Shown here: positions 56,982-64,000 of the stretch, piece after piece
How the letters are laid out: every line of letters starts with the position of its first letter
Position numbering within the stretch: position 1 is the first letter of the stretch
Origin: Spirochaetes bacterium GWB1_36_13
GTDB taxonomy: Bacteria; Spirochaetota; GWB1-36-13
Length of the DNA: 64,000 nt
NCBI GenBank assembly: GCA_001829155.1
Contig: MIAO01000116.1
Location: forward strand, 4,182-68,181
Reading direction: 5' to 3'
Made by a program: the position numbers and the translations under genes
The notes under the pieces: model-generated
Told to the model about the DNA's origin: nothing
The model's database searches: none
What the model saw: only the letters and a program-made list of their open reading frames with translations

Positions 56982-58130
56982 ATGCCTCATAAAAATTTAC
57001 TTCTTAACTTTAAGAGGCCGACACCACGCACGATCCACTATGAAGTATCAGAAGACGATCAATTTTACGGCAAGATTACGGCCTATCCTTTTGAAAGAGG
57101 ATATGGAACGACTGTTGCCAATTCATTGAGAAGAGTTCTTTTATCTTCTTTGCCTGGATATGCGATCAGCGGTTTAAGTATTAAATATTATGACAAAAAC
57201 GGTGATTTTAGAATTTTGAGCAGTGAATTTGAAAACATTCCTGGTGTTTTTGAAGATACAATTGAAATTGTTCAAAACTTGAAAAAAGTCCGATTGGTTC
57301 TTCACGATGATTCAATCGAGAGAAAGATTTTCATCGAACTGAAAGGAAAAAAAGAATTTAAAGCATCTGACCTTGCGGTAGATTCTAATATCCAGATATT
57401 TAATCAGGACGAACACATCGCAACTCTGAATGAAGATGCTTTTTTTACGATTGAAGTAACCATTACCCTTGGGAGAGGTTATGTTCCGGGAGAAGCTTTT
57501 TTAGAAGGAAACTCTGAGATTGGATTTATTCCGGTTGATGCTCTTTATTCTCCAATTCAAAAAGCTACTTTTCAAGTAGAAAATTATCGGATTGAACAAA
57601 GAACCGACTACGAGAAATTTTCAATAGAAGTGTGGAGCGATGGTTCTATCAGACCAGTCGATGCGGTAGCAGACGCTGCGAAAATATTGAAGGAACATTT
57701 CAATACTTTTATCAATTTTGATGAAGCCATGTTTGAAGTGGAAGAAAAAGGAATTGAAAAATCTACTGATATCAATCCGGACGATGAAGCGTTATTAAAA
57801 AAACTTCTGACTTCAATTGAAGAACTTGAACTCAATGCAAGAGCATCAAACTGTTTGAACTCTGCTGATGTCAAGTTTATTGGTGAACTGGTGATTAAAT
57901 CTGAAGAAGACCTGGCGAGAATTAAAAATCTTGGTCAAAAATCTTTAAAAGAGATAAAAGAAAAACTGTCATCATATCAATTAGAATTGGGAATGCCGAT
58001 TGATAAAAAATTGATTGAGAAGATAGATGAAGCTAAAATTAAAGGCGCCAATTTCTCCGATGATGATGAAAATATAGATAATGAAGATATCTATGAAGAA
58101 GAAGATGATGAAGAGGGAGATGACGAATGA
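56982..58130 (+). CDS. rpoA: DNA-directed RNA polymerase subunit alpha with acidic C-terminal tail
   Basis: NTD (GYGTTVANSLRRVLLSS), CTD (LELNARASNCL), and then a 27-aa Asp/Glu tail. Confidence 0.96.
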   Translation: MPHKNLLLNFKRPTPRTIHYEVSEDDQFYGKITAYPFERGYGTTVANSLRRVLLSSLPGYAISGLSIKYYDKNGDFRILSSEFENIPGVFEDTIEIVQNLKKVRLVLHDDSIERKIFIELKGKKEFKASDLAVDSNIQIFNQDEHIATLNEDAFFTIEVTITLGRGYVPGEAFLEGNSEIGFIPVDALYSPIQKATFQVENYRIEQRTDYEKFSIEVWSDGSIRPVDAVADAAKILKEHFNTFINFDEAMFEVEEKGIEKSTDINPDDEALLKKLLTSIEELELNARASNCLNSADVKFIGELVIKSEEDLARIKNLGQKSLKEIKEKLSSYQLELGMPIDKKLIEKIDEAKIKGANFSDDDENIDNEDIYEEEDDEEGDDE

Positions 58131-58507
58131 GACATTTAAAGAAAGTAAAAAAGCTTAAAAGAAATGCAAGTCATAGACAAGCCTTGCTGATGAATTTAGC
58201 TATTTCTTTAATCAATAAAGAAAAAATTATTACAACTACAGCAAAAGCAAAAGCTTTAAGATCATATATTGAAAAATTGATTACAAAAGCAAAAAATGGA
58301 GCCCTTCATCAAAGAAGAATTGTTGCATCTAAATTAAGAGATGCGGCATCTGTTCAAAAACTTTTTGAAGATATTGCGCTTCGGTATAAAACAAGAAACG
58401 GCGGATATACCAGAGTTTATAAAATGTATAATAGACCTGGCGATGCGGCAGAAATGGCAATGATCGAACTGGTTGAAGAACTTTTAGAAACAGAAAAAAA
58501 ATCTTAA
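58127..58507 (+). CDS. rplQ: 50S ribosomal protein bL17
   Basis: MRHLKKVKKLKRNASHRQALL. ATGA overlap with rpoA. Confidence 0.96.
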   Translation: MRHLKKVKKLKRNASHRQALLMNLAISLINKEKIITTTAKAKALRSYIEKLITKAKNGALHQRRIVASKLRDAASVQKLFEDIALRYKTRNGGYTRVYKMYNRPGDAAEMAMIELVEELLETEKKS

Positions 58508-58522
58508 GACAATGAATCTTTT

Positions 58523-58550
58523 AAGGAGGGAATTCTTTCCCTCCTTTTTT
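58523..58550 (+). terminator. Rho-independent terminator of the ribosomal superoperon
   Basis: aaggaggga-attctt-tccctcctt followed by tttt. Confidence 0.8.
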
Positions 58551-58568
58551 CAACTCATTTAATTTATT

Positions 58569-58668
58569 ATTCAGGCTGTCGATTATTGTTTAAATTAACT
58601 CGGACACCGAGCGGAGTCGAGGTGTCACTTCGGCTCCGCTCAGTGACCGTACTGCTCTGATTAATAAC
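58569..58668 (+). repeat. Intergenic repeat family B, copy 4 (longest copy)
   Basis: attcaggctgtcgattattgtttaaattaactcggacaccgagcggagtcgaggtgtcacttcggctccgctcagtgaccgtactgctctgattaataac. Confidence 0.85.
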
Positions 58669-58795
58669 TAAAAAAAGCTATGAAAGATTGCATAAGAAAA
58701 GACAACTACTTTGCATTTTATATTCAGTTATATATAGAATCTTTCATAGTTTTATTTTTTATATCAAATTAAAGACTGTATTTGAATCATTGAAC

Positions 58796-58841
58796 GAAAA
58801 AACACTGATCGAGACAAGAATACTATCCGTATCTCGATCAG
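58796..58841 (-). terminator. Rho-independent terminator of the VIT-vWA gene
   Basis: On the minus strand: ctgatcgaga-(17 nt)-tctcgatcag followed by tgttttttcg. Confidence 0.65.
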
Positions 58842-58850
58842 AAGATATTT

Positions 58851-61772
58851 CTACTTTAAACTATTTTCTTTGATTTCAAACTCTCCCGCTTTAATTACTT
58901 CTTGCTGATCCTTCAGTCTTAAGGTAATTTCTTTTTTTATCTGATTTTTACGGCCGTAATTCAGATAAAGCTCTATCTGAACAGTGGTTGTTCCCGCTAA
59001 GGTCTGTTGGTGGTTGCCATAATAGTTGATTTCAATCAGGTATTTTCCTTTTTTGGCTTTTTTAAGGACAAAAAATTCGGGACCATAACCGCCCGTGAAG
59101 TCATTGGACATTTTACCTCCCAGATAGGTAAGCTGGTGTGCGTAATAGCATTTTTCATTATTCGGGTCAGTAACCCAAAGATCCATATCAGTATTATCAG
59201 CGTCCCAGTTTAAAACAACCCTGATGTCCACAGGAAGAGATTGAATGAGGCGTTTATCGATTGAATCAGTTTTCAGGTTTGAATTGAGAGCAATAATCTG
59301 ATTCATCTCATGCAGCATGGTAATTTCAATATTTGGGAATCTTGAGTCCCATTCTTTTAAAAGAGCTTCATAGAGAATGTCAATTGCTTTCTGAGGAAGC
59401 TGGCTATTGGCATAAACCAGTGCGAGGTCGCGGTAAGACTGGGGTTCTTCAGGGCGCATTTTTAAAACTTCTTCAAATACGAAGGCTGACAGGCGGTAAT
59501 ACTTCAGTTGAGCCAGCCGATGAGCTAAAATCCTTAAAAGTTGAGGGTTTTCCAGTTCCATTTCAGCAATATTGGAAAGAATTCGAAGAGCAGTTTCAGG
59601 CTGTTTTTTTTCAAGAAAAAAATCAGAAACATCCAGAAAAAATGCAGAGCTTTCCGCATAACTTTTCTTGAGTTCGAGATAAACAGGATAGATATCTTTC
59701 ACGGTTGTTTTTTTCAATTTTTCAAGATAGGGTGTTTGAGGATCCCATTTTTGGAGAGTGATCAGTCCATCGGCGCCTTTTTCCTCACCTCCTTCAGGTT
59801 TTTTATCTTCTTTTTTTCCTAAAATCGATTCATCTTTTACTTCTTCTTCCTTTGAAAAATTATCCATATCCATACTTTTAGTAGAATCTGAAACACTTCT
59901 TTCCTCTGATCCTATTTCTCCTTCAGATTCCATCCTGGACATTTTTTTCATTCTTTCTTCGGATTGAGGAGGATCATTGAGAGAAAATTCAGTGTTCCAC
60001 CACTGGATGAATTCATGAAATTGACCTGCCAATCTATCCAGTTTGTCTTTTTGACGAAATTTAAATTCATTTTCCTGACGACCGATGATTTCGTAATACT
60101 GTTTTTTCATCTCTTCTTCAGGGGGAATGATTTTAAAACGGACATAATCATCCAGCAGATCTAAAACAATAAGAGAAGTGTTTCGTGTCACAATGGAAAA
60201 ATCTTTTCCGATTCGTAAAATATCTTTTTCATATTTTTTATATTCCATATCGAGCTGCTCAATTTTTTTCTGAGCCCAGATTCTTGGAATGATGCCTGAG
60301 TCACTTGTTTTTTTGATATCAAGTTTAAATGAATAAGTTTTCATCTTATTGCCGGGGATACCGAAATTGAGTTTAATTTCAGTCTGATTTTCTTTTAAAA
60401 TACCTGAAACCGAGAAATCAGTTTTGACAGCAGTGGGCATATTAGGATAAACTTCGCTGACAGCAGAAGAATCGCAATCAAAAGATAAATAGGAATAGGG
60501 AGAAAAAAGAATGAGTTTTTCTGCCTCTTCCAATGAAATTTCATTCAAATTTAAATAAACGCCGCCTGTTTTCTGGGAAATAAACTTAAGGTAGGAATGC
60601 TGGGCAGCGCTCTGAGAATTGATCGCAATCACGGGAGTATCAGAAAGACGGATTTCAGAGCTTCCGAAGTTGGAAATCCCATCAGAAAGAAAGATGATTT
60701 CATCAGCTGGAAAATTTTTGAAATCAAGGGCGCCTAGCTGGGTTCCGCCGTCAAAATCAGCTTTCAAAAGTTTTTCTTTTAATTTGTTCCAATCTCCATT
60801 TTGGATTTCAAAATAGGCGCTTTCATTGACTTGATTGCTGAAAAAAATAAGCTGAAGTGAAAAATTTCCTATTTTTTTAAAATACCGATCCAAAAGCTCT
60901 ATTTCTTTTTTCTGATTTCTTTTTTCAGAGGAAGAGGAAACATCCAGAAAAAGAGCAATTTTTTTCGGAATTTTTTTACTGGTTTGAATGATTTCAGGGT
61001 TTAAATGAATGTAGAAATAATTTTTCCCTGTCCGGGGATCTTTCTCAATAACAACATCTTGATAAGCAGCGGTTTTTGGCAGAAGAAAAGAAAGAGGTTT
61101 GTCTGCTGTATAGTTTTTCTCAGAAAATTCTGCTGTATAGTTTTCGTTCCATTTTTTAAATCGAAATCCTTCAAAATCTTTTAAATTTTCAAAAATAGGA
61201 GAAGTATCTTGTTTTAAAACATCGGCTTTAATTGAAAATTGGTCAATCGGGTCTTTGAACCCAAGAGGAAGAAAGTAAAGAAATCCTTTTCCCTTGTCTT
61301 TCAATTCCTGTTCATAGGCAATAATCAATTTTTTATATCCTTTAGAAGGGATAGGGTAAATTCTTGATTTAAAATTATTTCCTTTGGTCCATTCCAGAAG
61401 TCCCGGATCAATTTTTTTTCTGACTACAGTTTCAAAAACTTCCCGCCCCTTATCTTTTTCGACAACAACCCCTTCTCTCATGGCGCCATTGACTTCAAGG
61501 GCAAATCGCGAAACAGTCTGACCTTCGCCGAGAGGAAAATAAAAGCTTCCTTCCAGCACTCGGTTTAAATCATTGTAAAAAGTCATTTCCATTGTTGTAA
61601 CGGCAAGATTGCCGACCGTTTTGACAGTAATGGAAAGTTCTGACATTTTTAAAGGAACTTCTTTACCGCTTTCGTTTTTCACAAGGATGACAGGAACTGC
61701 CTGTGAATAAAGATGTGAAGCGGCAAATAAAGTTAAAAAAATAAAACTCAAAAGAAATTTGTTTTTTTTCAT
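58851..61772 (-). CDS. Large exported VIT - vWA - acidic linker - TPR - DUF2135-like multidomain protein
   Basis: Signal peptide after an aggag RBS (ATG at 61772). VIT-like N-terminus. vWA MIDAS motifs DVSSS...GGT...SDG. TPR-like helices. C-terminal WDADNTDMDLWVTDP...GGYGPE. Confidence 0.8.
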   Translation of the reverse strand: MKKNKFLLSFIFLTLFAASHLYSQAVPVILVKNESGKEVPLKMSELSITVKTVGNLAVTTMEMTFYNDLNRVLEGSFYFPLGEGQTVSRFALEVNGAMREGVVVEKDKGREVFETVVRKKIDPGLLEWTKGNNFKSRIYPIPSKGYKKLIIAYEQELKDKGKGFLYFLPLGFKDPIDQFSIKADVLKQDTSPIFENLKDFEGFRFKKWNENYTAEFSEKNYTADKPLSFLLPKTAAYQDVVIEKDPRTGKNYFYIHLNPEIIQTSKKIPKKIALFLDVSSSSEKRNQKKEIELLDRYFKKIGNFSLQLIFFSNQVNESAYFEIQNGDWNKLKEKLLKADFDGGTQLGALDFKNFPADEIIFLSDGISNFGSSEIRLSDTPVIAINSQSAAQHSYLKFISQKTGGVYLNLNEISLEEAEKLILFSPYSYLSFDCDSSAVSEVYPNMPTAVKTDFSVSGILKENQTEIKLNFGIPGNKMKTYSFKLDIKKTSDSGIIPRIWAQKKIEQLDMEYKKYEKDILRIGKDFSIVTRNTSLIVLDLLDDYVRFKIIPPEEEMKKQYYEIIGRQENEFKFRQKDKLDRLAGQFHEFIQWWNTEFSLNDPPQSEERMKKMSRMESEGEIGSEERSVSDSTKSMDMDNFSKEEEVKDESILGKKEDKKPEGGEEKGADGLITLQKWDPQTPYLEKLKKTTVKDIYPVYLELKKSYAESSAFFLDVSDFFLEKKQPETALRILSNIAEMELENPQLLRILAHRLAQLKYYRLSAFVFEEVLKMRPEEPQSYRDLALVYANSQLPQKAIDILYEALLKEWDSRFPNIEITMLHEMNQIIALNSNLKTDSIDKRLIQSLPVDIRVVLNWDADNTDMDLWVTDPNNEKCYYAHQLTYLGGKMSNDFTGGYGPEFFVLKKAKKGKYLIEINYYGNHQQTLAGTTTVQIELYLNYGRKNQIKKEITLRLKDQQEVIKAGEFEIKENSLK

Positions 61773-61934
61773 TTTGTATTCTCCTAAATTATCTATGATA
61801 AATAATAATAGAAATTTGAAAGAGTTCAAAAAATAATTAGAGAATCAGATTTTAAATAAGATAAGCACAGTTAAATTTGTTTTCTATTAATTTTTCACTA
61901 TCTTTATTTAATAACAAAGTTGTTGGAGTTGAAG

Positions 61935-62387
61935 ATGAAAAAATATTTTTTCATGCTTATCGCAGTTTTTTTCATAGCTGTAGGAACTTTATCTTATAGC
62001 AATGTAGAAGATCTTGGAATTCCTTTTGACAGGGAATATGCGGTTTTTAAAGGTGGAAATTTTACTTTTATTTTCCTGGATGTAGGCAAGGTAGTGGTAA
62101 TAGAAGCCGGAGCAAAGCCTTTTACGGCTGATTATGAGATAAAAGTGGAGAATAAAAAAGAAGCAAAAATCTATCTTTTGAAATCTGAACCGCAAAGTTT
62201 CCAGACCATTCATAAAAAGGTGAATAAAGTTTCTAAGACTAAATCTAAGATTTCTAAAAACAAGATGGTATTCAAAAATAACCAGCCGATGATTCTTCTC
62301 GTCGTCAATGAAGAAACACTGGAATATAATGATATTTCATTAATGCGTGAAAAGGGGTTGGATGAAAGTGAAGGGGAGGAAGAGTAA
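61935..62387 (+). CDS. Small secreted protein, tandem paralog 1 (acidic tail)
   Basis: Signal peptide. Shares FxxEY.(V/I)FK...(F/Y)(T/I)FIFLD...V...(A/S)...Y... with the next two genes. Confidence 0.6.
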   Translation: MKKYFFMLIAVFFIAVGTLSYSNVEDLGIPFDREYAVFKGGNFTFIFLDVGKVVVIEAGAKPFTADYEIKVENKKEAKIYLLKSEPQSFQTIHKKVNKVSKTKSKISKNKMVFKNNQPMILLVVNEETLEYNDISLMREKGLDESEGEEE

Positions 62388-62390
62388 ATC

Positions 62391-62723
62391 ATGAAAAAAG
62401 TATTGATTGTTTTATCGCTTTTTATTTTTTCAATTGCATTAAGCACAGGGCTTTCGGCTGAAAAAAAGAAAATAGCAAAGGTTCAGATTGAAATCTCGTT
62501 TAATAAAAACTATCTTTCTTACAAAGGAAGTAATTATACGATTTACTTTATGGAAAATAAAGCTTGTTTTCTGGTGGATAAGGCGAATCAGGTTTCAGCC
62601 GGATCTTATGATATCAATGGTTCAAAAATTATAGTCAGAACAAAAGAGAAAACAATTTCTTTTTATCTGATCGACAACAACAAAATCGAATATGAGGGTG
62701 AAAGCCTCATGATTGAAAAATAA
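62391..62723 (+). CDS. Small secreted protein, tandem paralog 2
   Basis: Signal peptide ...LSTGLSA. AKVQIEISFNKNY is similar to AKVEIEVSFNREY in paralog 3. Confidence 0.65.
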   Translation: MKKVLIVLSLFIFSIALSTGLSAEKKKIAKVQIEISFNKNYLSYKGSNYTIYFMENKACFLVDKANQVSAGSYDINGSKIIVRTKEKTISFYLIDNNKIEYEGESLMIEK

Positions 62724-62739
62724 TAAGGGAGTGAAAGAC

Positions 62740-63072
62740 ATGATAAGAATAAAAAGTTTATTAATTGCAGTATTAAGCATTGTTGTTTTTGCGATGCCTG
62801 TTTTTGCCGAGAAAAAATTTGCAAAAGTTGAAATTGAGGTATCGTTTAACCGTGAGTACAATATTTTTAAGAATGCAACTATTTCATTCATTTTTTTAGA
62901 CAACGATCAGGTGATTATTGTAGAAAAAAGCAATGCGGTTACAATTTCTACCTATCAGGTTAAAAACAACAAGATTAAAATTGCAAAAGGACTGGATGGA
63001 AAACAGCTGAATATTACGATTATTGATGAAATGAGCCTGAAATACGGCAAAGAAACTCTGGAAAGAGAATAA
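62740..63072 (+). CDS. Small secreted protein, tandem paralog 3
   Basis: Signal peptide ...AMPVFA. aagggag RBS before the ATG at 62740. Confidence 0.65.
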   Translation: MIRIKSLLIAVLSIVVFAMPVFAEKKFAKVEIEVSFNREYNIFKNATISFIFLDNDQVIIVEKSNAVTISTYQVKNNKIKIAKGLDGKQLNITIIDEMSLKYGKETLERE

Positions 63073-63201
63073 AAACTATGAATAGTGGACTGTCCGGAAA
63101 AAGATTTTAATTGCTCGATGAATTTATCGTGCTTTAATAATCCAGTATCTGGGCAGATTCGTTTTGATGATGGATTATAATTTTATTAATTAAGGTCTAG
63201 T

Positions 63202-63945
63202 ATGTTTTATTTATTTCCTTTGATTCAATCACTTCTTCTTTTTTTAATTTATATAACAATCTGGAGAATCCCGCTTGATTTTCTAAAATATAATAAATTG
63301 ATCCGGAGTTTAATAGGAATCTTTTTTGTTCTTTCTATGGGATGCTGGTTTTTTTATTTTCAACCGAAATTTTTAATCAAAAGCTATTCTTTGCTTGGTT
63401 CAGAAACCTTGATGATAATTCCCAGAACCGATATCTGGTTTTTAATTCTGACAGGACTTTTTTATGGGTTGTTTTGTATGATTCCAATCGGGCGCTGGGT
63501 GGAAATCGGAATGATTCGCCCGAAAAAAAATAAGAGAAAACAAAAAGGATTAATTGTTTTTGCATTTTTGTTTGTGTTTCTTCCCCATTATTTTTCTTTA
63601 TCGGCTTTCACAGCGGTTTCAGAAGAGAAGGTATTCTATTCTCCCTGGGTTTTGCCTTTCATTTATGAGGTGCAATTTGATGAAATTGAAGCTCTGGTGA
63701 TAGACAGCCAATATAGAAGTTCAGGGAAAAGAGCCTCTTATCAGGAGTTTCAGGCTTATATTCTTCTTAAAAATCAGGAAAAAATCATGATTTTCACCCT
63801 TGAGGATCCTGATAGAAAAATGGGAGAGCTTTTAGGGAAAGCAGCCATAATTTTGAAAAAACATGGTATTCAAATTGAAAATAAAGCCTATTCATCTGAT
63901 GCCTGGAAAGAAATTTTTGAAGAAACTTTAAACACAGGTGATTAA
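63202..63945 (+). CDS. Hypothetical integral membrane protein (about 5 TM helices plus a cytoplasmic C-terminal domain)
   Basis: Hydrophobic helices in the N-terminal 150 aa. No recognised motif. Confidence 0.55.
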   Translation: MFYLFPLIQSLLLFLIYITIWRIPLDFLKYNKLIRSLIGIFFVLSMGCWFFYFQPKFLIKSYSLLGSETLMIIPRTDIWFLILTGLFYGLFCMIPIGRWVEIGMIRPKKNKRKQKGLIVFAFLFVFLPHYFSLSAFTAVSEEKVFYSPWVLPFIYEVQFDEIEALVIDSQYRSSGKRASYQEFQAYILLKNQEKIMIFTLEDPDRKMGELLGKAAIILKKHGIQIENKAYSSDAWKEIFEETLNTGD

Positions 63946-64000
63946 AGATTTTCTTGATTTTTCCAATTCTGATAGCCGCCTGAAAGGTTATAAACTTTTT

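Noticed and set aside
58688-58873. 61-aa plus-strand ORF downstream of rplQ
   Set aside because: It spans the minus-strand terminator hairpin and overlaps the end of the VIT-vWA gene. It has no RBS and a low-complexity product.

Overview
AT-rich bacterial chromosomal window with about 95 supportable features. The best lineage guess is a spirochaete-like organism, based on the cheA / cheW-cheR-like / cheX / cheY operon; this cannot be verified without a database search. Left part (1-25.8 kb): the end of an RND pump, an AT-rich cluster of orphan secreted, lipoprotein and cytoplasmic genes, a Uma2 nuclease, an Omp85-like protein, ilvD, dapA, a CDF transporter, a complete TonB-dependent uptake operon (small TM peptide-exbB-exbD-exbD-tonB-receptor), rsgA, an anti-sigma kinase, queD, two OMP-like genes, a HIT protein, an MCP, a KASIII-like/CoA-transferase pair and two paralogous lipoproteins. 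Middle (26-40 kb): the chemotaxis operon, an MFS transporter, and a small AT-rich accessory insertion. That insertion holds a RelE/ParE-like toxin with an RHH antitoxin and an orphan PD-(D/E)xK nuclease fused to a PUA/EVE-like domain. It is followed by a 2-TM/RCK channel, an M48 peptidase and an APC permease fused to an EIIA(Ntr)-like domain. Right part (40.2-58.5 kb): an uninterrupted 33-gene str-S10-spc-alpha ribosomal superoperon, including rpmJ, which is below the ORF-track length cut-off. This is followed by a 970-aa VIT-vWA-TPR protein, three tandem small secreted paralogs and a membrane protein. I found no rRNA, tRNA, CRISPR array, transposase or integrase. Three dispersed families of structured, non-coding intergenic repeats occur (4, 4 and 2 copies). 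The most interesting candidate for a new system is the toxin-antitoxin plus nuclease-reader mini-island at 32.6-35.0 kb. All functional calls rest on motif and architecture recognition by eye, not on searches.
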